A DNA stretch of 53,747 nucleotides, taken from positions 1 through 53,747 of the forward strand of contig JBEKHC010000024.1 in NCBI GenBank assembly GCA_050012475.1, given 5' to 3'. Positions 35,339-43,997 of this stretch are shown here, in pieces. The position numbers were made by a program, and so were the translations under genes. The notes beneath the pieces are model-generated. The model searched no databases, had not been told where the DNA came from, and saw only the letters and a program-made list of their open reading frames with translations. Position 1 is the first letter of the stretch; the number at the start of each line of letters is the position of its first letter. The DNA is from Candidatus Velthaea sp. Lineage in GTDB: Bacteria > Vulcanimicrobiota > Vulcanimicrobiia > Vulcanimicrobiales > Vulcanimicrobiaceae.

Positions 35339-35361
35339 CTCACCGGCGGGGTTCTTTTTTT
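35330..35361 (+). terminator. Attenuator intrinsic terminator upstream of metY
   Basis: GGCCC(T)CGCC-TCACC-GGCGGGGTT followed by C and T7, ending 14 nt before the metY ATG. Confidence 0.8.
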
Positions 35362-35375
35362 CTTGAAAGGCCACG

Positions 35376-36698
35376 ATGAGCTCTCCTATCGATAATGAGG
35401 CGTATCGTTTCGACACGGTCGCCATTCACGGCGCACACGGCGGCGATCCGACGACGAAAGCCCGCGCCATTCCGATTTACCAAACGACGTCCTACAACTT
35501 CGACGATACGGATCACGCCGCGCGGCTGTTCGCGCTCGAACAGTTCGGCAACATCTACACCCGGATCATGAACCCGACCACCGACGTGCTCGAACAGCGG
35601 CTTGCGCAGCTCGAGAAAGGCGTCGCGGGGCTGGCCGTGGCCAGCGGCCAGGCCGCCGTCGTCTATTCGCTGCTCAACCTCGTGCGCGCCGGCGACCATC
35701 TCGTGAGTTCGGCGTCGCTCTACGGCGGCACGTACAACGCCTTCACGCATACGCTGCCGCGCTTCGGCGTCGACGTGACCCTGGTCGACCCCGGCGATCT
35801 CGACAATTACCGGCGCGCGATCCGGCCCAACACCAAAGCCGTCTTCGCCGAATCGATCGGCAATCCGAAGATCGACGTGCTCGACGTCGAGGGCGTGGCC
35901 AAAGTTGCGCACGAGAGCGGCGTGCCGCTCGTCGTCGACAACACGCTGGCCACCCCGTTTTTGCTCCGGCCAATCGAATGGGGCGCCGACGTGGTCGTCC
36001 ATTCGGCAACCAAATTCATCGGCGGACACGGCACGACCATCGGCGGCGTCATCGTCGATGCGGGCAAATTCGACTGGAACGCGTCGGGCCGCTTCGCCTC
36101 GTTCAACGAGCCCGATCCCTCGTATCATGGCGTCCGTTACGTCGAAGCGTTCGGCAACCTGGCGTACATCATCAAGACCCGGGTGCAGTTGCTGCGCGAC
36201 CTGGGCGCGGCGCTTTCACCGTTCAATGCCTGGCTGCTCTTACAAGGGCTCGAAACACTGGCGCTGCGCATCGAACGCCACTCCGCCAACGCCCTTAAGG
36301 TAGCGCAATTCCTGGAGTCGCGGCCGGACGTGGTCTGGGTGTCGTATCCGGGGCTGCCGCGCCATGCTTCGTTCGCGCGGGCTCAAAAGTACCTGCCGGC
36401 GGGTCAAAGCGCGATCCTCACCTTCGGCATCAAAGGCGGCGCCGCCGAGGCGCGGGCGTTCATCGACCGGCTCAAACTCTTCAGCCTGCTGGCCAACGTC
36501 GGCGATGCCAAGTCGCTCGTCATCCACCCGGCATCGACGACGCATCAACAACTGACGATCGAGGAACAGATCGCCAGCGGCGTCAGCGAAGACACGATCC
36601 GGCTCTCAGTCGGCATCGAAAACATCGACGACATCATCGGCGATCTTCGTCAGGCGCTCGACTCGACCGCGACCGAGCCGGCCCCGGCTGCGGTGTAA
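35376..36698 (+). CDS. metY: O-acetylhomoserine sulfhydrylase (aminocarboxypropyltransferase)
   Basis: PIYQTTSY, GNIYTRIMNPT, VVDNT, HSATKFIGGHG (PLP lysine) and LANVGDAKSLVIHPASTTH motifs. RBS GAAAGG. Confidence 0.95.
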   Translation: MSSPIDNEAYRFDTVAIHGAHGGDPTTKARAIPIYQTTSYNFDDTDHAARLFALEQFGNIYTRIMNPTTDVLEQRLAQLEKGVAGLAVASGQAAVVYSLLNLVRAGDHLVSSASLYGGTYNAFTHTLPRFGVDVTLVDPGDLDNYRRAIRPNTKAVFAESIGNPKIDVLDVEGVAKVAHESGVPLVVDNTLATPFLLRPIEWGADVVVHSATKFIGGHGTTIGGVIVDAGKFDWNASGRFASFNEPDPSYHGVRYVEAFGNLAYIIKTRVQLLRDLGAALSPFNAWLLLQGLETLALRIERHSANALKVAQFLESRPDVVWVSYPGLPRHASFARAQKYLPAGQSAILTFGIKGGAAEARAFIDRLKLFSLLANVGDAKSLVIHPASTTHQQLTIEEQIASGVSEDTIRLSVGIENIDDIIGDLRQALDSTATEPAPAAV

Positions 36699-36934
36699 GG
36701 ACGAAGGTGTGGGTTTGCTTCGGCGATCGAGCGGTTCAACCCGCCGGACGCCAAGCAACCCCTCCCCGGCAACCGCAGGCTTTGAGCTGTTTGCTGGCGG
36801 AGACCAAAAGCATGCCACCCTGAGCGGCAATTGTTAGGCTGGCTTACATCCCGAATCGAACGGAGTGCGTTATCCTCGCTACAACGTAACGCACTGGTTG
36901 CCGATGTTTGCTTTCTTCTTTGAAGGGATACCGT

Positions 36935-37282
36935 ATGCTGAAATCTCTCGCTATTGCTTTGGGCTTGTGTACGTTCGCCGGCTCGTCGCTCATCACGAGC
37001 GCTCCGGCTTCCGCGGACGACGCCATGATGAAGATGGATTGTTCGAAGGCCGGGTCGATGATGTCCGACGCCGCGAAGATGGGATCGTCGGCAGCCATGA
37101 CCGGCGACCAGGACAAAGACTATATGATGGTCATGATGGACCACGAAAAAGGCACCATGATGCTCATGAAGGTCGAAGCCGCCTGCGGCAAAGATCCCAA
37201 AATGAAAGCCCAGGCCGCCAAGGATTTAGCCGCTGAGACCGAGCGAATGCAGATGTTCCGCAATCAAGGCACCAGCCAATAG
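36935..37282 (+). CDS. Secreted Met-rich protein, DUF305/CopM-like
   Basis: Signal peptide ending in ASA. 18 Met in 115 aa. MTGDQDKDYMMVMMDHEKG...GKDPKMKAQA resembles a DUF305 half-domain. Confidence 0.7.
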   Translation: MLKSLAIALGLCTFAGSSLITSAPASADDAMMKMDCSKAGSMMSDAAKMGSSAAMTGDQDKDYMMVMMDHEKGTMMLMKVEAACGKDPKMKAQAAKDLAAETERMQMFRNQGTSQ

Positions 37283-37297
37283 CAGTTCCATAGCACG

Positions 37298-37357
37298 CAG
37301 TTCAGAGCGCGATAAAAAGCGTCGCACGTTCGGGCGCTTTTTTCGCGCTCTGAACTG
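37298..37357. terminator. Long inverted repeat / bidirectional terminator between convergent genes
   Basis: CAGTTCAGAGCGCGA-T-AAAAAGCGTC ... GGCGCTTTTT-T-TCGCGCTCTGAACTG. Confidence 0.75.
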
Positions 37358-37372
37358 GAGCGGCGTCGTCGC

Positions 37373-37714
37373 CTACGCGCCCGGCTGATGCGCGCGGTTG
37401 TGCTTGTCGAAATAGATGGAATTCGAAAGGTGATTCTCGCGCGCGTTGAGGTTGTGTCTTTCCGCAACCGTTAAACGGCCGCCGTTGGCGCGCAAATCAC
37501 GGCGCCGGTTGGCATTGATGCGCTGCAGCCGCGTTTCCACGTTCATGTACTCACCGCGCGTGAGTTGCCCGCTCGACACGCCTTGATTGATGCGTGCCTG
37601 TTCGTTATGGATGCGATTGTTCACTTCGCCGGCGTTCGCCGCCAGCGGTAACGCGGTAATGATCAGTGCGGCACACGCGATGGCGGCGCGATTGAAAACG
37701 CTCGTATGAAACAT
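37373..37714 (-). CDS. Small secreted helical protein
   Basis: Signal peptide ending in ANA, QARINQGVSSGQLTRGE and GGRLTVAER repeats. RBS GGGAG. Confidence 0.75.
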   Translation of the reverse strand: MFHTSVFNRAAIACAALIITALPLAANAGEVNNRIHNEQARINQGVSSGQLTRGEYMNVETRLQRINANRRRDLRANGGRLTVAERHNLNARENHLSNSIYFDKHNRAHQPGA

Positions 37715-38260
37715 TGATGAAAACTCCCAAGATGAGTGCTATTGCAAAAAGAAATGGGTGACTGCGCCCAGTCTACTGCACGGGCAAGCGCAACGGAAGA
37801 CGCAGTAATGATATTCTCATCAATCAACCGCAGACACGTTACGTCACGTAACGCGGCAGCGGCATACCTGGGTCTCAAACGAAAAGTACGACGACGGTCC
37901 TGCCAGATAGCTCTGTAGAAAGTGTGCATCGACATCCCTTGATACGGACGACCGCGGATCATTGTGATAGGTTGTCCGCGTAAATAGAACTACGATGTGA
38001 TTGTCCCGAACAGTCTGGCCTGCGCGGATCGTGAAGCAACTTGGATCGCGCGTAGCGCCGCAGTGACTTCGAATCCCGGTGTTCGGGTACATCCCTCTCC
38101 AGGCGATGGTCGCTCGACGGCGTCGATCTCGCCGGGGGCCGGGCCGGCGAAGAAAAAAGCCGCTTCACCACCTCGGCCGCGAGCCGCCCTCAAGCCGCGC
38201 TCACGCCGAAATGAGGCGAACCGAAGGGCATCGCCGGCGATTCCGTCTCGCCGGATTGCG

Positions 38261-39337
38261 TTAGGAGGCGGGATTCGTCGAGAGTGCGTTGGGCCGGCGG
38301 AGCAGCTTGCGCACCCGCAGCGGCGCGCGTCCCCAGGTGAGGATACGGCGCAGCCGTTCGGGTACCGTGCGGCGCTCTTGTTTGAGCCACCGCGCGAACT
38401 CGAACAGGCCGTCGTCGAGGGTGACGCAGGGGCTCCACGACCAGAGTTCGCCGGCGCGCTCGATGTTGGCGAAGGTCACGTTCATCTCGCCGGGCGGCCG
38501 AACGACGAACCGCACGCGCGGTTTGATCTCCAGTGCGACGCCTAACTTTTGCACCAGCGTCAGCACCGTCACCGGTGACGCATTCCCGAGGTTGATGACG
38601 CGGAAACCGGTGCGCTCGCGCGCCGCCGCCGAAATGCCGCGCACGATATCGCTTACGTGCGTGAAATCGCGCGCCATCGAGCCGTCGCCGAACACCGTGA
38701 TCTCTTCTTTGCGCAACATGGCCGTGGCGAACTTGCGGATCGCCAGATCGGGCCGCTGACGCGGACCGTAGACGGTGAACAAGCGCAGGACCGTGATCGG
38801 CGCACCGTACGATTCGGCCGCCGCGGCGCATAACAACTCGCCCGCGCGTTTGGTCGCGGCATATGGACTGGGCGGCAAGTTGCACGGCGCCGACTCGTCG
38901 AACGGCGGCTTGGTGTCGTTGCCGTACGCCGAACTGCTGCCGGCAAATACAATCGGCACCGGATTCTCACGGGCGAACGCGTCGATCACGTTCTGCGTTG
39001 CGACGACGTTGGCGCGAACGTAGCGCCCGGGTTCGGCAACCGAGCGGCGCACGCCAGGCATCCCGGCGAGATGAATGACGACATCGGGGCGCGGACGAGC
39101 CGCCAGCCGCTGCGGCGCGCCGGCGGCGGCCAAATCCATCACGTCGAGTTCGAACCGGTCGTCGCGCAGCGCCGCTTCGATGTTCGCGACTTTGAGCCGC
39201 GGATCGTAGTAGTCGTCGAACGAGTCGATGCCGTGCACGCGGTAGCCCGTCGCTAACAGATGTTCGACGACGTGGGAGCCGATGAAGCCGGCGCACCCGG
39301 TGACGAGCGCGCGCGGCGCGGCCGAAGCGCCGCTCAT
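38261..39337 (-). CDS. NAD-dependent nucleotide-sugar epimerase (UDP-glucuronate 4-epimerase-like)
   Basis: VTGCAGFIGSH, HLAGMPGVRRS, SSSAYG, YAATK and FTVYGPRQRPDLA motifs. ATGA-coupled to the radical SAM gene. Confidence 0.9.
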   Translation of the reverse strand: MSGASAAPRALVTGCAGFIGSHVVEHLLATGYRVHGIDSFDDYYDPRLKVANIEAALRDDRFELDVMDLAAAGAPQRLAARPRPDVVIHLAGMPGVRRSVAEPGRYVRANVVATQNVIDAFARENPVPIVFAGSSSAYGNDTKPPFDESAPCNLPPSPYAATKRAGELLCAAAAESYGAPITVLRLFTVYGPRQRPDLAIRKFATAMLRKEEITVFGDGSMARDFTHVSDIVRGISAAARERTGFRVINLGNASPVTVLTLVQKLGVALEIKPRVRFVVRPPGEMNVTFANIERAGELWSWSPCVTLDDGLFEFARWLKQERRTVPERLRRILTWGRAPLRVRKLLRRPNALSTNPAS

Positions 39338-40455
39338 GCCGGACTCAACTTGGGCCGCCGGCGCAGCGCGGGCCGGCCGCGCAGCGCGTGCCGGAAGATG
39401 TCGCCCGAGTAGACCGCGCTGGGCAGCACTTCGCACTCCGCCCAACAGCCGGGACATCCGCGGACCCAGGCCCGCGCCGACTCGGTGGCCGGACTGAACC
39501 AAACGTCTTTGAAGGGCGTCTCACGCAGATTGCCCAGCTTGCGGCTATTGAATTGACAGACCGGCACGTCGCCGTTGGGAAAAATCCGCAAGTGCGCGCG
39601 CAGCGCGACGCATGGCGGGTTCGGCGTTCCCTCCTGCCCCAGCAGACGATTGCGGATCCCGTCGAGATAGTAGCGCTTCGCCGCGCGCTCGGGCAGCGGG
39701 TAGGACTGCAAGTCCGCTTCGATCGCCCCGAACAATTCGCGCAGTACCGCCGGCGAAAGATCGTCGAACGGCTCGAAGTGCCCGGGATAGTTGGGCGCCA
39801 GATTCGATTCGGCCACGATCGAATATGTCGCGCTGGCGCGGTAAGCGACGACGACCTGATTCTTGACGCCCAGCGGGGCGAGCAGCGCGTGAAGTTCGCC
39901 GTATTGCGCGGCGCCCTCGGCGTCGACCACGGTTTGATTCACGGCCAAGTTCAGCCGCAGCTCCTTACGCCGCGGCGCCAGCGCTTCGACCGTGCGCATG
40001 GCGGAGCGGAAGGCACCGCTGTGGCCGCGGATCGCGTCGTGTTTTTCGCCGACGCCGTCGATCGACACCAGCAGATTGAGCGGCACCGTGCGCGGACGGC
40101 GTTCGCAGAAATCGACGATCCGGTCGGTCAGGAAGCCGTTGGTGGTAACGTGCAGCAATGCAGGCTGGACGGTGTCGACGGCAACCCGCGCGATATCGAT
40201 GAGGTCGCGCCGAACGAACGGTTCGCCGCCGGTCAAGCGCACGGCGTCCATGCGCGGCAGCTGCTTGAAGATGCGCTCGACTTCCGCTAACGTGAGGTCG
40301 CCCTTGCCGTCTTTGCGCCACGAATCGCACATCACGCAGCGCGCGTTACAGGTAAAGGTCACGGTGTAGGTGAGCATGCGCGGCAGGCAGGCGTCGCCGC
40401 GGCGAACCTTGCCGATCGTACTCGCCAGCGCCGCGGCTCGACGCAGGGTTCTCAT
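39334..40455 (-). CDS. Radical SAM protein with SPASM/twitch domain
   Basis: CNARCVMC, TGGEPF, TTNG and SIDG motifs. C-terminal C..(PNGDVPVC)..CPGCWAEC. Confidence 0.9.
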   Translation of the reverse strand: MRTLRRAAALASTIGKVRRGDACLPRMLTYTVTFTCNARCVMCDSWRKDGKGDLTLAEVERIFKQLPRMDAVRLTGGEPFVRRDLIDIARVAVDTVQPALLHVTTNGFLTDRIVDFCERRPRTVPLNLLVSIDGVGEKHDAIRGHSGAFRSAMRTVEALAPRRKELRLNLAVNQTVVDAEGAAQYGELHALLAPLGVKNQVVVAYRASATYSIVAESNLAPNYPGHFEPFDDLSPAVLRELFGAIEADLQSYPLPERAAKRYYLDGIRNRLLGQEGTPNPPCVALRAHLRIFPNGDVPVCQFNSRKLGNLRETPFKDVWFSPATESARAWVRGCPGCWAECEVLPSAVYSGDIFRHALRGRPALRRRPKLSPA

Positions 40456-41558
40456 CGGCTCGCTCCTTGGAGATCGCAACGCACCGGCTGCGGCGCCGCC
40501 GGCAAGTGACGGCGCAGTTCCGCCAGCGCAGCTGGATTGCCGTTCAAGCGATCGGTGACGATCTGCGACCGATAGCCTTCCACATTGGCCAAAAACTCCC
40601 GCAGCGCCGGCCCGGACACCGCGTCGAAGTCGAGCCACGCGCCGGTCCGTTCGTTCGCGAGCAGATGGCCGTGCAGACGCTGTTCGGGGTTGTTCGGCTC
40701 GGGAAACGCCAGGACGGGCTTGCGCAGGTAGAGCGCCTCGCCCAACAACTGATTGCCGGCGGTGGTCACCAGCGCATGCGACGTAGCGAGGTCGTCGACG
40801 AACCGCCCTTCGTCGATGGCGTGAAAGTGGATCTTGCCGACGCTAGGCTGAGCGCCTAAGCCATACGCGCGCACTTCCCGGCCAGTCGCCGCGAGGGCGT
40901 CGAGCAGCCGGTCGGGCCCGAATTTGCGCAAGTAGACCACCAAGTGCGCGCCGTGCTCGGGACGCGCCGCGAGAACGCGCGGACGCAGCAGGGGGCCGAT
41001 CTGGACGGTGCGCCCGAGGCCCGATCGCAGCTTGGGAAAACAAAACGACGAGACGATCGTCGCCGCCTGGCGCGAGTAATACAACTCGACGATCTTGCCC
41101 AGCGCGGCAGCCCGCAGGCGGAGACCCCCCGGTAAGTGGGAGAAGTCGCTGGTAACTAAAAAGTGCTGGTGGTTGAGGCTGACGTACGGCACGCCGCAAC
41201 GCGCCGCGGCACGCGGAAGCGCGGGCTCGAAATCGGTGATGACCAAGTCCGGCCGCTCGGCTTCGATCTCGCGCTGCAGCCGGCCGACGAGTTGGGGCAG
41301 CCGGGCGATATAGCCGAGCGCGGCGCCCGTTGTCCGCCGGCGCGAGACCGACCGATTTGCTGCGTATTCGAAGTGCAGCCCGGGAATGCGCGTCACCCGC
41401 ACGTCGGAATCGGCGTACAAAGGAGCCAGCATGTCGAACGCGTCGCCCGGAGCGAAGATGACGAACCGGTGTTCGGCACGCAGATGCTCGACGATCGTGC
41501 GGACCCGCGCAGCATGGCCGCGACCTTCGCCCGCCAGGCTATAGAAAATCGTCGCCAT
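40452..41558 (-). CDS. Glycosyltransferase, MJ1255/VC2487-like (GT-B)
   Basis: GEGRGHAAR, PDLVITDFEP, IGPLLR, TAGNQLLGEALYLRKP and EQ motifs. Confidence 0.85.
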   Translation of the reverse strand: MATIFYSLAGEGRGHAARVRTIVEHLRAEHRFVIFAPGDAFDMLAPLYADSDVRVTRIPGLHFEYAANRSVSRRRTTGAALGYIARLPQLVGRLQREIEAERPDLVITDFEPALPRAAARCGVPYVSLNHQHFLVTSDFSHLPGGLRLRAAALGKIVELYYSRQAATIVSSFCFPKLRSGLGRTVQIGPLLRPRVLAARPEHGAHLVVYLRKFGPDRLLDALAATGREVRAYGLGAQPSVGKIHFHAIDEGRFVDDLATSHALVTTAGNQLLGEALYLRKPVLAFPEPNNPEQRLHGHLLANERTGAWLDFDAVSGPALREFLANVEGYRSQIVTDRLNGNPAALAELRRHLPAAPQPVRCDLQGASR

Positions 41559-41772
41559 TCGTTATTGCGGGCGCCCGGGCGTGAGCATGATACCCCAAGC
41601 GTTCCCGCTTTGCGCCTTCACTCCTCGACGTGTTCAGCGAACCAAACACGCTTCACGCGTTTACGTTTCACCTACATTGCTCACGAAGCACCCCTAATTC
41701 AGAGGTACGGCGTTCCTAGTTCGACGTCCTTGACCGCCGTGCGAAGCAGGCGTGCCGGGGATGCGGATCGGT

Positions 41773-43389
41773 CTAGACGAAGCCGCTGGCCGCCGTGGCG
41801 CCTTTTTTGCGCAATTCGGCTTGGCGCAGCTCGACCCGCCGGATCTTCCCCGAGCGCGTCTTGGGTAATTCGGCGACGAATTCGAGCTCGCGGGGATACT
41901 TGTAGGGCGCCGTCACGCGCTTGCAATGGTCCTGGAGTTCGCGGGCCAGTTCGGGCGACGCCGGATAGCCCGGTCTGAGCACCACGAACGCCTTGACGAC
42001 GTTCCCGCGATCGTGGTCGGGCGAGCCGACGACCGCCGATTCAGCCACCGCCGGGTGCTCGAGCAAGGCGCTCTCGACCTCGAACGGCCCGATCCGGTAC
42101 GCCCCCGACGAGATCACGTCATCGGTGCGTCCGACGAACCAGAAATAGCCGTCGGGGTCGACCTGGGCACGGTCGCCGGTCAAATACCACTCACCGCGCC
42201 GCGAGGCATTCGTCTCGTCGTCGTTCTTGTAGTAGCCGGCGAACAGCGACGGCGGCCGGCCGCGCAATGCGATATCGCCGACCACGCCGGGTGCGCAGAT
42301 CGCCCCTTCCTCGTCGATGACCGCGACCTCGTGGCCGGGGGTCGGCTTGCCCATCGAACCCGGCCGGACGTCCATGCCCGGCAAGTTGGCGACCAGCAGC
42401 GTGTTCTCGGTTTGCCCGTATCCGTCGTAGATCGTCAAGCCGAACGCGTCGCGCCAGCGGGCTAGGACCTCGGGATTGAGCGGTTCGCCCGCCGAGACGC
42501 AATGCCGCAGCTGCGGCAGCTGCCAGCGCTTGCCCAGGTCTGGCAATTTCGCCTCCAGGCGGTATTCGGTGGGGGCCTGGCAGAGCACGTTCACCCCCAG
42601 ATCGCGGATCAGGTCCAGGCGCTGCTCGGGCACGAATCCGCCTTCGTCCAAAACGATGCACGAACCGCACGACCAAGGCCCGAGCAGAACGCTCCACAGC
42701 GATTTGGCCCAGCCGGTGCCCGCCGTGCACCAGACCAGATCGGCCGGCGTGCAGGCGAACCAGAACCGCGCCGCCATCCGCTTGGCATACGTGTAGGCGA
42801 CCCGCTGGACGACGCCTTTGGGGTCCTTGGTCGTCCCGCTGGTATAGACGATGTAGGCCGGATCGTCGGCAGCCGTCGGGACGCCGGCAAACGGCACCGC
42901 CGTCGCGATCAGCGGCTCGACGGACGTCCAGCCCTCGCGCTGTCCGCCCACGAGCAGGTAGCGCTGCACGTTGGGCGCGTCGGCCGCGATGGCCTCGACC
43001 TCGCCGGCATTGCCGATATGGCCGATCACAACGGTCGCCCCGGCGTGGTTCGCGCGATACAGGAGGTCCTTCGCGCGCAGCTGCTCGGCACCCGGAACGG
43101 CAACCGCTCCCAGCCGCAGCAAGCCCAGCATCGCGAACAGCCATGCCGGCATCTTCGGCAGAACGACGATGACGCGATCGCCCTTGCGGACCCCGGCGTC
43201 GCGCAGGACGGCGGCCCACTTTTGCGATTGCTCCGCGATCTGGGCGAACGTGTACTCCGTCCGCTTTCCCGCCGTGTCGACGAACAGCAGACCGCGCCGG
43301 TCTTGGCGCGCCAACGGATCGATCACGTCGCGCGCGAAATTAAAGTCCGCGGGAACGTCCCACACGAAGGATGCCGGTTTCGTCTCCAT
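41773..43389 (-). CDS. Medium-chain acyl-CoA synthetase (AMP-forming)
   Basis: YTSGTTKDPKG, YGQTE, TGD, GRTDDVI..GAYRIGPFEVE and PKTRSGKI motifs. Confidence 0.93.
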   Translation of the reverse strand: METKPASFVWDVPADFNFARDVIDPLARQDRRGLLFVDTAGKRTEYTFAQIAEQSQKWAAVLRDAGVRKGDRVIVVLPKMPAWLFAMLGLLRLGAVAVPGAEQLRAKDLLYRANHAGATVVIGHIGNAGEVEAIAADAPNVQRYLLVGGQREGWTSVEPLIATAVPFAGVPTAADDPAYIVYTSGTTKDPKGVVQRVAYTYAKRMAARFWFACTPADLVWCTAGTGWAKSLWSVLLGPWSCGSCIVLDEGGFVPEQRLDLIRDLGVNVLCQAPTEYRLEAKLPDLGKRWQLPQLRHCVSAGEPLNPEVLARWRDAFGLTIYDGYGQTENTLLVANLPGMDVRPGSMGKPTPGHEVAVIDEEGAICAPGVVGDIALRGRPPSLFAGYYKNDDETNASRRGEWYLTGDRAQVDPDGYFWFVGRTDDVISSGAYRIGPFEVESALLEHPAVAESAVVGSPDHDRGNVVKAFVVLRPGYPASPELARELQDHCKRVTAPYKYPRELEFVAELPKTRSGKIRRVELRQAELRKKGATAASGFV

Positions 43390-43439
43390 AGAGCGCGAGG
43401 ATTCACCCCGCGTCCCGGCGCACCCGCCCGGTATCGCTT

Positions 43440-43673
43440 ATGGAAAAACACACCCGTTTTGATCCCGCCCGCGCCCTGCGCGTCTCAAAGCTGCGCTTCG
43501 GCAACTTGCGCGCCCAAGGCGTTCCGGCGATTCTCCTCGGTGTCGCCGGAATCGTGCTTGCGGCCGGCGCGATGCGCGTGCTGCAAGCGGGGGCCCCGAC
43601 GCTGCCGGACACGATTCGCGAGATGCGCCAGCTCATCGAATCCAATCGCCGCTCGAAGCCGCTGAACCCCTGA
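43440..43673 (+). CDS. Small single-pass membrane protein
   Basis: 77 aa with one hydrophobic helix (GVPAILLGVAGIVLAAG). Fills the gap before bolA. Confidence 0.55.
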   Translation: MEKHTRFDPARALRVSKLRFGNLRAQGVPAILLGVAGIVLAAGAMRVLQAGAPTLPDTIREMRQLIESNRRSKPLNP

Positions 43674-43760
43674 GATGGAAAATTCAAGACGGCGGCTTGG
43701 CGCCACAGGCGCCAAACGCCAAGGGTTCGGCGAAGCCGAACCATGCGGAGCCCAACCCCG

Positions 43761-43997
43761 GTGATCGACGAGCGATCGATGACCGACCTGATCCGCCGAA
43801 CGTTCCCCGACGCCGAGGTCGAAATTTGGGATCGCACCGGCACCATGGACCACTTCGACGTGTTGATACGCTCGAAGCTCTTCGCGGGGAAATCGCCGCT
43901 CGACCGTCACCGCATGGTCGAGCGAGCACTCGCCGAGGCGCGAGCCGACGGGCGCATCCATGCCCTGGCAATCCGCACCGAACTTCTGGAGACGTAA
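43761..43997 (+). CDS. bolA: BolA/IbaG family protein
   Basis: DHF...S..FAGK..LDRHRMV..AL....IHAL motif. GTG start after GGAG. Confidence 0.9.
   Translation: MIDERSMTDLIRRTFPDAEVEIWDRTGTMDHFDVLIRSKLFAGKSPLDRHRMVERALAEARADGRIHALAIRTELLET

Noticed and set aside
35212..35361. SAM-I/SAM-IV riboswitch or T-box upstream of metY
   Set aside because: No ATC.AGAG...GGCAACC...GTGC core and no T-box TGG.ACC bulge. The leader is better explained by a peptide attenuator.
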